Shown here: one piece after another, positions 24,101-37,109 of the stretch | Layout of the letters: each line of letters starts with the position of its first letter | Numbering within the stretch: the stretch's first letter is position 1 | Assembly: GCA_002269645.1 (NCBI GenBank) | Contig: NIVC01001938.1 | Span: 156,232 to 220,231 of the forward strand | Direction: 5' to 3' | Source: Macrostomum lignano | Lineage: Eukaryota | Length of the DNA stretch: 64,000 bases | The notes under the pieces: generated by a model | Databases searched by the model: none | What the model was told of the DNA's origin: nothing | The model's input: the letters and a program-made list of their open reading frames with translations, nothing else | Program-made: the position numbers and the translations under genes

Positions 24101-27100
24101 TGATGCTACCGTCTACGGCTACGCAACGATCGACGCCGAAATTCGACGAAGTGACCCTGCCGCCTAGCTCGGCCAAGCCCACTCACGTTGGCGCTAATCG
24201 GGTGCCGCTAGCCGAACTAGACGAGCTGACCCAGCGAGCCTTTCCCGGCACTAGTCATCTAAACGCTATACAAACTGTAGTATTCGATTCCGCTTATAAG
24301 ACTAACGAGAATTTGTTGATCTGCGCCCCAACTGGCGCCGGTAAAACTAACATTGCTATGCTCACTGTTCTGCACGAGATCAAACAAAACATTGGACCTG
24401 GCGGCGTTATTAGACGAGACGATTTTAAAATTGTCTACGTCTGCCCTATGAAAGCTTTGGCAGCCGAGATGACCGCCAATTTTGGTAAACGTTTGGCACC
24501 GTTGGGCCTCACAGTTCGCGAGTGCACCGGCGATATGCAGCTAACTAAAGCTGAGATTGCTCAAACTCAAATGCTGCTAGTAACGCCAGAGAAATGGGAT
24601 GTGTTGACTAGAAAATCCATTGGCGACGTGGGACTCACTCAACTAGTGAAGCTGCTAATTATTGACGAAGTTCACCTGTTGCACGACGAGCGCGGTGCTG
24701 TGATTGAGTCTATTGTGGCTCGCACGCTTCGTCAGGTGGAATCGTCGCAAAAAATGATTCGAATTGTTGGCTTATCGGCCACTCTGCCTAATTACCTGGA
24801 TGTTGCCCAGTTTCTCAGAGTCAATCCATACAAGGGTTTGTTCTTCTTTGACGCCAGGTTCAGGCCCGTGCCGTTGGGCACTAGCTTTGTTGGTATTAAA
24901 AGTACAAATATTATGCAGCAACAGCAGGACTTTATGGACGTGTGCTTTGATAAGGTGTGTATATCTTTTCGCTCTTGAAAGTGTTTCATTTCGCAGTTGC
25001 TTTAATAGCTTTACGAGTATTTATAGTTTCCGTTACACTTCTTTAAGATCGCATTGCTTGTACTAACCTTAACGTTTGGCCGTTAAGGGTAGCTTGGGGT
25101 CACTCCCATGTATCCCACCTGTGATTAGCTTGGGGTCACTCATATGTATACCACCTGTGATTAGCTTGGGGTCACTCCCATGTATCCCACCTGTGATTAG
25201 CTTGGGGTCACTCCCATGTATCTGACCTGTGATTAGCTTGGGGTCACTCCTGTATTTCACATATGATTAGCTTTGGGTTACTCTCATGTATCCCACCTGT
25301 GATTAGCTTGGGGTCACTCCTATGTATCCCACCTGTGATTAGCTTGGGGTCACTCCTGTATTTCACATATGATTAGCTTTGGGTTACTCTCATGTATCCC
25401 ACCTGTGATTAGCTTGGGGTCACTCCTATGTATCCCACCTGTGATTAGCTTGGGGTCACTCCTGTATTTCACATATGATTAGCTTTGGGTTACTCTCATG
25501 TATCCCACCTGTGATTAGCTTGGGGTCACTCCTATGTATCCCACCTGTGATTAGCTTGGGGTCACTCCTGTATTTCACATATGATTAGCTTTGGGTTACT
25601 CTCATGTATCCCACCTGTGATTAGCTTGGGGTCACTCCTGTATTTCACCTATGATTAGCTTTGGGTTACTCCCCATGCATCTTACCTGTTAATAGCTTGG
25701 AAAAATCCCGAACAGAAGTTTAGCTTGGGATTCCATTATATATGTATGTATCTGAGATCTGCGTATAGTTTGACTGTTTGCAGGTTAAGTAGACCTGACC
25801 GCGGTTAGTACGCATTTTCTGCATCTTCTAGTTAAAAACGGTCTACCTTGTAAATGACAAACTCAGGTAGTGGAGCAAGTGCGCCAAGGCGAACAAGTGA
25901 TGGTGTTTGTCCACTCGCGCCCGGAGACTCGCAAGACGGCTATTCGTCTCCGCGAGATGGCCAGAGAATCTGGTGCTATTAAATACTTTTTACCAGCCGA
26001 TCCAAACACCTCAGACTATGGCCGCGCGCTCAAGGAGGTGGGCCGGTCGCATAACCAAGCCTTCAAAGAGCTGTTCGCAGACGGATTCACCATTCATAAC
26101 GCTGGCATGCTGCGGTCGGATCGCAATCTAGCTGAGAAGTACTTTGCCCAGGGCATGATTCGATGCTTAGTGTGCACTGCCACCTTAGCCTGGGGCGTCA
26201 ATCTGCCAGCTCACGCGGTTATTATCAAGGGTACACAAATCTACAACGCTGAAAAGTCCACTTTTGTCGATCTTGGCATCCTAGATGTGCAGCAGATATT
26301 TGGCCGAGCTGGTAGGCCACAGTTTGACAAGGTCGGCTATGGCACTATTATTACTACTCACGACAAGCTTAGCCGCTACCTGACACTCATGTGCAGCAGG
26401 AATCCTATTGAGAGTAGCTTCATGATTGGCTTAGCCGACAATCTCAACGCTGAAGTTGCCCTAGGCACCGTGGCTAACACAGAGGAAGCGGTTCGTTGGC
26501 TTAGCTACACTTATCTGCACGTTCGGATGAAGCTTAATCCGCTAGTGTACGGAATTAGTCCCAATCAGTTTGCTACGGATCCTAATTTGGAAAATCACCG
26601 ACTTGCTTTGATCACGCTGGCGGCTAGAAAGCTGGATAGCGCCAGAATGATTCGATTTGATGAACGAACTGGCTATTTGGCTAGCACCGATCTGGGCAGA
26701 ATTGCCAGCCATTTCTATATTAAATTCAACACTGTCGAAGTTTGGAACGATGAATTGTCCGCTCTGTTGCCTAATGAAAAAGTTCTGTCTGTTGTGTCCA
26801 AGTCTAAAGAATTTGAGCAGGTCAAAGTGCGCGAGGAAGAACTGCCGGAATTGGATCAGGCTGTGCATAATTCTTGTCAGTTTTCCACTGGCGGAGTTGA
26901 GAATAGCGAAGGAAAAGTAAGTGAGAGATTGTGTGGGGCTATGGTAGATTGTGTGAGGCTAGGGTAGATTGAGAGAGGCTAGGGTAGATTGAGTGGGGCT
27001 ATGGTAGATTGTGAGAGGCTAGGGTAGATTGAGTGAGGCTAGGGTTGGCTTGTGTGGGGCTAGGGTAGATTGTGTCAGGCTAGGGTAGATTGTGTCAGGC

Positions 27101-30100
27101 TAGGGTATATTGTGTCAGGCTAGGGTAGATTGTGTCAGGCTAGGGTAGATTGAGTGAGGCTAGGGTAAGATTGAGTGAGTCTAGAGTAAGATTGAGTGAG
27201 GCTAGGGTAGATTGAGTCAGGCTAGGGTAGATTGAGTGAGGCTAGGGTAGATTGAGTCAGGCTAGGGTAGATTGTGGGGAGCTATGGTAATAAATAGCAG
27301 AGAAGCTAATCAGACTGCAAATGACGCTGCCATTATACCAGAAACTGCCAAATCCCCTCAGGTGAGCGCCCTACTCCAGGTGTACATCGATCGCCAGTCG
27401 ATAGAAACAGCTTCTCTCGTATCCGACCAAGCCTACGTGGTGCAGAACTGCTCCCGAGTAGTTCAGGCCCTATTCGAGTACTGCATGCGCAAGGGCTGGC
27501 CACAGGCCGCCAGCAGCCTGCTGACCTGGTCCAAGTGCATCAACAGACGCCTGTGGCCGGATGCTCACCCGTTGAGACAGTTCGACGGCGGCCTGCTCAG
27601 GTGGGACATTGTTGACAAACTGGAACGGGCTGGTCCGGCGGCTAACAGTGTGGAAGCGTTGCGCGAGATGCCGAGGGCCGAGCTAGACGCAATTATTCGA
27701 TTGAGAGGCTACTCTGAGGATGTGCGTAGGTTGGCTTGGAATTTTCCGCTAGTCGAATTGGAGGCAGCGTTTCAGCCGATTACTCGGACTATTCTGCGAG
27801 TTCGACTGGAGGTGCGGCCTCATTTTCATTGGAACGATCGAATTCACGGAAAGGTGAGTTGTTGCTTATGTTCAATGACGTCATCGCTGTATCATTGACC
27901 AGAGATGTCATGGAATAGAATGTTAATTAGCGGGACATTTCAATATATGACTATATTAATATTCTTATAATATTAATTAATAACTATATTATTCATATCA
28001 TTAACTCACTGGTAGCCTCATAAACTAACTAGTAGCGTCATAAACTAACTAGTAGCCTCATAAACTAACTAGTAGCCTCATAAACTAACTAGTAGCCTCA
28101 TAAACTAACTAGTAGCCTCATAAACTAACTAGTAACCTCATAAACTAACTAGTAGCCTCATAAACTAACTAGTAGCCTCATAAACTAACTAGTAACCTCA
28201 CAAACTAACTAGTAGCCTCATAAACTAACTAGTAGCCTCAAGAACTAACTAGTAGCCTCATAAACTAACTAGTAGCCTCATAAACTAACTAGTAGCCTCA
28301 TAAACTAACTAGTAACCTCACAAACTAACTAGTAGCCTCATAAACTAACTAGTAGCCTCAAGAACTAACTAGTAGCCTCATAAACTAACTAGTAGCCTCA
28401 TAAACTAACTAGTAGCCTCATAAACTAACTAGTAGCCTCATAAACTATAGTAACCTCATAAACTAACTAGTAGCCTCATAAACTAACTAGTAGCCTCATA
28501 AACTAACTAGTAACCTCACAAACTAACTAGTAGCCTCATAAACTAACTAGTAGCCTCAAGAACTAACTAGTAGCCTCATAAACTAACTAGTAGCCTCAAG
28601 AACTAACTAGTAGCCTCAACATGAACCAACTAGTAACCTCATAAACTAACTAGTAGCCTCAAAAACTAACTAGTAGCCTCATAAACTAACTAGTAGCCTC
28701 ATAAACTAACTAGTAAACTCATAAACTAACTAGTAAACTCATAAACTAACTAATAGCCTCATAAACTAACTAATAACCCCATAAACTAACTAGTAACCTC
28801 AAGAACTAACTAGTAGCCTCAACATGAACCAACTAGTAACCTCAAGAACTAACTAGTAGCCTCAACATGAACCAACTAGTAACCTCACAAACTAACTAGT
28901 AGCCTCATAAGCTAACTAGTAGCCTCATAAACTAACTAGTAGCCTCAAGAACTAACTAGTAGCCTCATAAACTAACTAGTAACCTCATAAACTAACTAGT
29001 AGCCTCATAAACTAACTAGTAGCCTCATAAACTAACTAGTAACCTCACAAACTAACTAGTAGCCTCATAAACTAACTAGTAGCCTCAAGAACTAACTAGT
29101 AGCCTCATAAACTAACTAGTAGCCTCAAGAACTAACTAGTAGCCTCAACATGAACCAACTAGTAACCTCATAAACTAACTAGTAGCCTCATAAACTAACT
29201 AGTAGCCTCATAAACTAACTAGTAAACTCATAAACTAACTAGTAAACTCATAAACTAACTAGTAAACTCATAAACTAACTAATAGCCTCATAAACTAACT
29301 AATAACCCCATAAACTAACTAGTAACCTCAAGAACTAACTAGTAGCCTCAACATGAACCAACTAGTAACCTCAAGAACTAACTAGTAGCCTCAACATGAA
29401 CCAACTAGTAACCTCACAAACTAACTAGTAGCCTCATAAGCTAACTAGTAACCTCACAAACTAACTAGTAACCTCACAAACTAACTAGTAACCTATCTAA
29501 CTAAGTACTAACTAGTAGCCTTGCTAGTAACCTAAACTAGAAATATCAGTAATTCGCATGCCCGAAAAAAAGCCTGATTACAAAAAGTGTATTTTTCAAA
29601 AAGAATTCGTACCAAGGAAGATCTGGAAGGAAATATCTATTTCATCAATATCAATATAGTACAGAAAAATAAACAATAGTGAAAACTTTCGTAGCTTGCC
29701 TACTTACACTAGTAGTCTGTTGCAAATGCGTCTATCTCCGATCTGTATATTATATTACTTATTATTTGAACTTTCCCAGGTTGCCGAATCTTTCTGGGTG
29801 TGGGTTGAGGACACCGACAATCAGCACGTGTACCACAGCGACATGGTGCAGCTATCGCGCAAATCTGTACAACGCAACGAGCCGGCTGTTCTAGCTTTCA
29901 CCATACCGATATTTGAGCCGCTGCCTACTCATTACGTCATTCGATGCGAAAGCGAACGCTGGCTACACGCCGGCGACACCTACGTGCTCAGCTTCAAGCA
30001 CCTGCGCCTGCCGCAGAGCCATCCGCCGCATTCCGAGCTGCTGGACTTGAATCCCCTACCTGTTAGCGTGCTGAAGGCGCCTCAATTTGAGTCCATCTGC

Positions 30101-30426
30101 TCCTTTACTCACATGAACCCGGTGCAGACTCAGGTATTTCACGCTGCTTATCACACCGATTGCAACCTGCTGGTTGGCGCCCCGACTGGCAGCGGCAAAA
30201 CCTTCATCGCCGAGCTGGCCATCTTCCGGGTGTTCAAAACCAAGCCGGGCCTCAAGTGCGTCTACATTGCGCCGCTGAAAGCGCTGGTCAGGGAGAGGAT
30301 CAACGATTGGAAAAAGAAACTGGAGCCTATGAATAAGAAGGTGAGGTGGCGACTGGTAGATTGCTGAATAGATAGATAGATGGATAGATGGATAGATAGA
30401 TAGATGGATAGATAGATAGATAGATG

Positions 30427-30489
<63 letters not shown>

Positions 30490-30546
30490 GGATAGATAGA
30501 TAGATAGATAGATAGATGGATAGATAGATAGATAGATAGATAGATG

Positions 30547-30624
<78 letters not shown>

Positions 30625-30637
30625 CAGATAGATAGAT

Positions 30638-30676
<39 letters not shown>

Positions 30677-30717
30677 GGATAGATGGATTAGATAGATAGA
30701 TAGATAGATGGATAGAT

Positions 30718-30802
<85 letters not shown>

Positions 30803-30832
30803 CAGATAGATAGATAGATAGATAGATAGATG

Positions 30833-30867
<35 letters not shown>

Positions 30868-30997
30868 GGATAGATGGATTAGATAGATAGATAGATAGAT
30901 GGATAGATAGATAGATGGATAGACAGATAGATAGATAGATAGATGGATAGATAGATAGATGGATAGATGGATAGACAGATAGATAGATAGATAGATG

Positions 30998-31052
<55 letters not shown>

Positions 31053-31085
31053 GGATTAGATAGATGGATAGATATAGATAGATAT

Positions 31086-31118
<33 letters not shown>

Positions 31119-31161
31119 GATAGATAGGTAGATAGATAGGTAGATAGATAGATAGATAGAC

Positions 31162-31200
<39 letters not shown>

Positions 31201-31833
31201 AGGGTTGATAGATAGATAGATAGAAGGGTTGATAGATAGATAGATAGATAGAAAAGACACACACAATTGACTATTCACCTCTCCCTCAAAGCCACCCCGT
31301 CCACCGATCCCAGGTTGTAGAGCTCACTGGCGACGTCGCGCCCGACATGAAAGCCGTGGCCGCAGCCGACCTGATCGTGACCACTCCGGAGAAATGGGAC
31401 GGCTGCTCCCGCAGCTGGCAGCAGCGCCAGTACGTGCAACAGGTGGCGCTGCTGGTCATTGACGAGATTCACCTGCTTGGCGAGGACCGCGGCCCTGTGC
31501 TAGAAGTTATCGTGTCACGTACCAATTTTATTTGTTCTCACACGAAGCGCCCAGTTCGAGTTGTCGGTTTGAGCACAGCTCTGGCCAATGCTCAGGATTT
31601 GTCCGACTGGCTGGGCATCAGGGAGTCGCTGGGCATGTACAACTTCAGGCCCTCTGTGCGCCCGGTTCCGCTGGAGGTGCACATTCAGGGCTACCCGGGG
31701 AGGCACTACTGCCCCAGGATGGCGTCTATGAACAAGCCTGCGTTTCAGGGTGCGCCACTGCTGGGCGGATCTTGCTGTTATAGATAGACAGATAGACAGA
31801 CAGACAGATAGACAGATAGACACACAGACACTA

Positions 31834-31922
<89 letters not shown>

Positions 31923-31955
31923 TAGACAGATAGACAGATAGACACACAGACACTA

Positions 31956-32020
<65 letters not shown>

Positions 32021-35000
32021 GTTACCAATTCCAATCCGCCTGACCCTTCGCAGCCATCCGGCAGCACTCGCCAGCCAAGCCAGTTCTCATATTTGTGTCC
32101 AGCCGTCGCCAGACCCGCCTGACTGCCCTGGACCTGATTGCCTACCTAGCCGGGGAAGACGATCCCAAACAGTGGCTGCACATGGAGGAGGCCGAGTCCG
32201 CCCTGGTCATTGATATGTCGCGCGACGCCAATCTGAAACTGACGCTGGCCTTCGGCATCGGCCTGCACCATGCCGGCTTGCACGAGCGCGACCGGCGCAT
32301 TGTTGAGGAGCTCTACGCTTTGCAGAAAATCCAGGTGCCTGTCTGTCTGATCGAATTTTATGCTTTAAAGTGTACTTTTATCTAAGTTCAACCTTGATTT
32401 ACCTTTAATTTGATATCAAATCGATTTTAAATTGACCTTCTCTGACCCTAAACGACCTATAGCATGACTTTGAATTGACCTGAGATGACCTTGATTTGAC
32501 CTCGAATTTGACCTTAAATTGCAGGTGCTAATCGCCACCAGCACGGTAGCCTGGGGCGTCAATTTCCCTTCGCACCTGGTTATAATAAAGGGCACCGAAT
32601 ACTTCGACGGCAAGACGAAGCACTACGTGGATTATCCAATCACGGACGTGCTGCAGATGATGGGCCGGGCCGGCCGGCCGCAGTTCGACACGCAGGGCAA
32701 AGCCGTTGTCATGGTGCACGACGCTAAGAAGCATTTTTACAAACGCTTCCTGTACGAACCGTTCCCGGTCGAGTCCAGCCTGCTTGGCGTCCTTAGCGAC
32801 CATCTAAACGCCGAAATTGTCGCTGGGACCATCTGCAGCAAGCAGGACGCTATGGATTATCTCACTTGGACTTATTTCTTTCGTCGAGTAACCGTTAATC
32901 CGTCTTACTATGGACTAGAATCAACCGATCATTCTTCGCTGAACGCGTTCTTGTCCCGACTGGTTGAGAAAGCCTGCCAAGAGTTGATGGCGTCCGCTTG
33001 TATTGAGGTACCTGCTTGATCTCACTGACATCGGGTGGCACTTTCCACTGTTCACCTCAATTGACCTCGGCTATTAGCCTTGGAAACCCTTGGACATACA
33101 TTTGTAGCATAAGCTATCACACTCGAACTCTAGTTGACCCCAGTTTAACTCAGCTATCACCTTTGAACACCTGTTAACCTCAATTTTCACCTTTAAACAC
33201 CGATTGACCTTAATTGACCTCAGCTATCGCCTTCAAACGCCAGCTGGCCTCAATTGACCTCAGCTGTCGCTTTAAAACACCTTTTGACCTTAATTGACCT
33301 CAGCTGTCGCTCTCAAACACCGATTGACCTCAATTGATCTCAGCCATCGCCTTCAAACACCGGTTGGCCTCATTTGACCTCAGCTATCGCCTTCAAACAC
33401 CGGTTGGCCTCATTTGACCTCAGCTATCGCCTTCAAACACTGGTTGACCTCAATTGATCTTGCCTTGGAGCAATCGTTAATCTATTACCGTGACCTTAAT
33501 TAACCTGCTAATATCCAAAACCTCATTCGCCAGGTGGACACGGACAGCATAACCCTATCGCCAACGGTACCCGGTCGCATAGCGGCCTTCTACTACCTGT
33601 CTCACCTGACCGTGAAGCACTTCAAATCGGTGCTGCGTCAGGATGCCAGCGTGTCCGATCTGCTGTCGGCTCTGACCGACTGTCAGGAGTTCGCCGAACT
33701 GCCTGTCCGTCACAACGAGGACCAGCTGAACGCCGAGATCAACAACCAGTGCCGGATTCGCCAGCCGGCTACCAGCGTTGACTCGCCTCACTGCAAAGCC
33801 CACTTACTGTTGCAATCGCATTTCTCCAGGCTTGCCATGCCCATTGCCGACTATGGCACCGATTTGAAATCCGTATTGGACCAGGCTATTCGCATTGTGC
33901 AAGCTATGATTGATATGTGCGCTGATTGCGGCTGGCTGTCGGTCTGTCTGAGAGCTGCTCAGCTCATTCAGATGCTGGTTCAGGCTCGCTGGTTTGATGA
34001 AGATCCATTGATAACCTTGCCAGGCGTTGAGACCTTTCACCTGCCGACTCTCAGGCAGTGAGTTTTGTAAAATTGCCCTAAGCCATTCTTTGAATCGCCC
34101 CTAAGCCATTCTTAAAATCGCCCCTAAGCCATTCTTAAAATCGCCCCTAAGTCATTCTTAGAATCGCCCCTAAGTCATTCTTAGAATCGCCCCTAAGTCA
34201 TTCTTAGAATCGCCCCTAAGTCATTCTTAGAATCGCCCCTAAGCCATTCTTAGAATCGCCCCTAAGTCATTCTTAGAATCGCCCCTAAGTCATTCTTAGA
34301 ATCGCCCCTAAGTCATTCTTAGAATCGCCCCTAAGCCATTCTTAGAATCGCCCCTGAACCATCACTAGAATCGCCCCTGAACCATCACTAGAATCGCCCC
34401 TGAACCATCACTAGAATCGCCCCTGAACCATCACTAGAATCGCCCCTGAACCATCACTAGAATCGCCCCTGAACCATCACTAGAATCGCCCTGAACCATC
34501 ACTAGAATCGCCCCTGAACCATCACTAGAATCGCCCTGAACCATCACTAGAATCGCCCTGAACCATCACTATAATCGCCCTGAACCATCACTAGAATCGC
34601 CCCTGAACCATCACTAGAATCGCCCCTGAACCATCACTAGAATCGCCCCTGAACCATCACTAGAATCGCCCCTGAACCATCACTAGAATCGTCCTGAACC
34701 ATCCCCGAATCCTGAAAACCGCAGGCTGGCCACCCCAGCGCACCGCCTCGACACCTTGCCCGGCCTGCTGCACGCGCCTCGCCCAGTTGCCGAGCGAGCT
34801 ATTCGCGAAGCTCTTGGCGGTCGTCACGCCGAGTCTGATCGTTGCCTAGCAACGCTGGCCGCTATGCCGAGACTCCGGTGTCACCTGGAACTGGTCAAGG
34901 TGGTCCAGCAGCTCGCGGACGATAGCGAGGGCGAAGAGGAAAGCAATAATCCTGCTGCTGCTGATGAGGCCTGCAAGGTGAGCTATCGTTGCTAACTGCA

Positions 35001-36503
35001 CCCGAATCCCCAGCTGGTTGCTACCCCATCCCCTGACCCTTCAGCTCCCATCCCCTGACCCTTCATCTCCCATCCCCGGATCCTTCATCTCCCATCCCCG
35101 GATCCTTCAGCTCCCATCCCCTGACCCTTCAGCTCCCATCCTCTGACCCTTCAGCTCTCATCCCCTGACCCTTCATCTCCCATCCCCTAACCCTTCATCT
35201 CCCATCCCCTGATCCTTCAGCTCTCATCCCCTGACCCTTCATCTTCCATCCCCTAACCCTTCATCTCCCATCCCCTGATCCTTCAGCTCCCATCCCCTAA
35301 CCCTTCATCTCCCATCCCCTAACCCTTCATCTCCCATTCCCTGATCCTTCAGCTCCCATCCCCTGACCCTTCAGCTCCCATCCCCTAACCCTTCATCTCC
35401 CATCCCCTGATCCTTCAGCTCCCATCCCCTGATCCTTCAGCTCCCATCCCCTGACCCTTCATCTCCCACCCCTGACCCTTCAGTTCCCATCCCCTGATCC
35501 TTCAGCTCCCATCCCCTGACCCTTCAGCTCCCATCCCCTGATCCTTCAGCTCTCATCCCCTGATCCTTCAGCTCCCATCCCCTGATCCTTCAGCTCCCAT
35601 CCCCTGACCCTTCATCTCCCATCCCCTGATCCTTCAGCTCCCATCCCCTGACCCTTCATCTCCCATCCCCTGACCCTTCAGTTCCCATCCCCTGATCCTT
35701 CAGCTCCCATCCCCTGATCCTTCAGCTCCCATCCCCTGATCCTTCAGCTCCCATCCCCTGGCCCTTCAGCTCCCATCCCCTGATCCTTCAGCTCCCATCC
35801 CCTGATCCTTCAGCTCCCATCCCCTGATCCTTCAGCTCCCATCCCCTGATCCTTCAGCTCCCATCCCCTGATCCTTCAGCTCCCATCCCCTGACCCTTCA
35901 GCTCCCATCCCCTGATTCTTCAGCTCCCATCCCCTGATCCTTCAGCTCCCATCCCCTGACCCTTCAGCTCCCATCCCCTGACCCTTCAGCTCCCATCCCC
36001 TGACTTCAGCTCCCATCCCCTGATCCTCCCATCATCCTTCAGCTCCCATCCCCTGACCCTTCAGCTCCCATCCCTTGACCCTTCAGCTCCCATCCCCTGA
36101 TCCCATTCAAGCGGTGTCAAGCCGATCTCTCCCCACAAACTCGCAGATCAAGATCCCGCTAGACGGCCGAGACTGGATCTCAGTTGACCGTGACGCCGAG
36201 TACTCGCTAAACCTGCGCCTAGTGAAGACCTCCTACGGTCGAACTCCCGGCGACACCCGAGCTCAGGCGCCTCGCTTCCCCAAGGCCAAGGACGAAGGCC
36301 TCATAGTAGTCCTTGGCCACGCCGAGAATGACGAAGTGCAAGCGTTGAAGCGCATTCCAGCGCTGCGCCAGCGAGTCACCAACAGTTCCATGGTGTTCCT
36401 GACGCCCGAAGATCCTGGCAGAGTGGTGTACAATCTCTACGTCATGTCTGATGCTTATATTGGCTTGGATCAGCAGTACCAGCTTCGGTTTGATGTCGGT
36501 TGA
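21107..36503 (+). CDS. ASCC3: Activating signal cointegrator 1 complex subunit 3 (tandem Ski2-like helicase + Sec63); join(21107..22066,23902..24954,25867..26916,27362..27853,29780..30340,31314..31749,32054..32334,32525..33007,33534..34057,34725..34977,36147..36503), ~2149 aa
   Basis: N-terminal [13 protein letters not shown] (ASCC3-type, not SNRNP200). Cassette 1 has [28 protein letters not shown] and GRAGRPQFD. Cassette 2 has [23 protein letters not shown] and [10 protein letters not shown]-terminus [11 protein letters not shown]...[12 protein letters not shown]. All junction phases match and the total length is divisible by 3. Confidence 0.96.
22718..23146. mobile_element. MITE-like element in ASCC3 intron 1, dense in GCGACT/GAGTC motifs
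   Basis: TGACTCTAGA (22718-22727) and its reverse complement TCTAGAGTCA (23137-23146), with many internal (G)CGACT and (G)AGTC copies in both orientations. Confidence 0.45.
25090..25700. repeat. 36/34-bp minisatellite with 106-bp trimeric higher-order unit, ASCC3 intron 2
   Basis: Unit CACCTGTGATTAGCTTGGGGTCACTCCCATGTATCC; the variant TCCTGTATTTCAC recurs at 25248, 25354, 25460 and 25566. Confidence 0.95.
26930..27290. repeat. 20-bp G-rich minisatellite, ASCC3 intron 3
   Basis: Unit GAGGCTAGGGTAGATTG(A/T)GT. Confidence 0.95.
28005..29520. repeat. 20-bp minisatellite, ASCC3 intron 4
   Basis: Unit TAAACTAACTAGTAGCCTCA, ~70 copies. A ~530-bp block is duplicated (AACATGAACC markers at ~28618/28820/28865 and ~29147/29351/29396). 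Confidence 0.98.
30367..31252. repeat. (GATA)n microsatellite, ASCC3 intron 5
   Basis: AGAT repeat with GATG/GACA variants. Confidence 0.99.
31781..32020. repeat. (GACA)n/(GATA)n microsatellite, ASCC3 intron 6
   Basis: AGAC repeat with a duplicated CACAGACACTAAGAC interruption. Confidence 0.98.
33130..33460. repeat. 40-bp minisatellite, ASCC3 intron 8
   Basis: CAGC(T/C) recurs at 33221, 33261, 33301, 33341, 33381 and 33421; unit ~CCTCAATTGACCTCAGCTATCGCCTTCAAACACCGGTTGG. Confidence 0.92.
34070..34700. repeat. 23-bp minisatellite with two sub-arrays, ASCC3 intron 9
   Basis: GAATCGCCCCTAAG(T/C)CATTCTTA up to ~34350, then GAATCGCCCCTGAACCATCACTA. Confidence 0.98.
35020..36104. repeat. 22-bp pyrimidine-rich minisatellite, ASCC3 intron 10
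   Basis: Unit CCCATCCCCTGA(T/C)CCTTCAGCT, ~48 copies. Confidence 0.98.
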
Positions 36504-37109
36504 TTGGATTTTATTGTGTTTTGTGACAATGGCCATTATGTTGACTTTGTGTGTGCCTTTGAAAACTTTTTTTCGGCTGGTTGGATAAGCTGGTTGGTCA
36601 ACTACGGTATGATCGCTACCTGTGAAAGCTATGGTGATAATGAGAGGGAAGAGATATACATACAGAAGGGAGATACAGACAGAAGGGAGATACAGACAGA
36701 GGGGAGATACAGACTGGAAGGAAAAGATAATGACGGAGTCGAACAGAGATATAAAAAATCTATTATTAAACATCCACTCGGCGATCATGATTGAAACTTT
36801 TCCTGGTAATAGCATTATAAAAGTAAGTCTGTGCTGTACTAGGTTTACTGCTTAGAACACTATTGTCACGTCACTTATTAATAATTTGATTAAAAAATAA
36901 ATTCTTTAGTTCCGGAATCTACAAGTAAATCAGCAAAGATGATTTTCCAATCGTGCAAATTTTGCATGTTTTGTTTCATACACGTCTTCTTTAATTGTGT
37001 CGAAAAGTAAATATTTCATTCATTCTACTGACTCTGGTTCAGTAGCATAAAATGCGCGCGAATTTCTCGACGAGGGAACCGCCCTAATAAGAAATCTTTA
37101 AGTCTTCAG

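Noticed and set aside
26089-26110. ASCC3 cassette-1 HNAG instead of HHAG
   Set aside because: Single substitution with all other helicase motifs intact; significance cannot be judged without orthologue alignment.
26930-27290. Telomere-like TAGGG repeats
   Set aside because: One TAGGG per 20-bp unit, not a (TTAGGG)n run.
26930-29520. Inverted relationship of the two 20-bp arrays flanking ASCC3 exon 4 (possible exon-looping or circRNA pairing)
   Set aside because: Only TAGCCTCA (8 nt) is shared between one unit and the reverse complement of the other, too little to claim complementarity.
21107-36503. SNRNP200/Brr2 assignment
   Set aside because: The N-terminal [13 protein letters not shown] and C-terminal [10 protein letters not shown] segments are ASCC3-type, and no Brr2 N-terminal region is seen.
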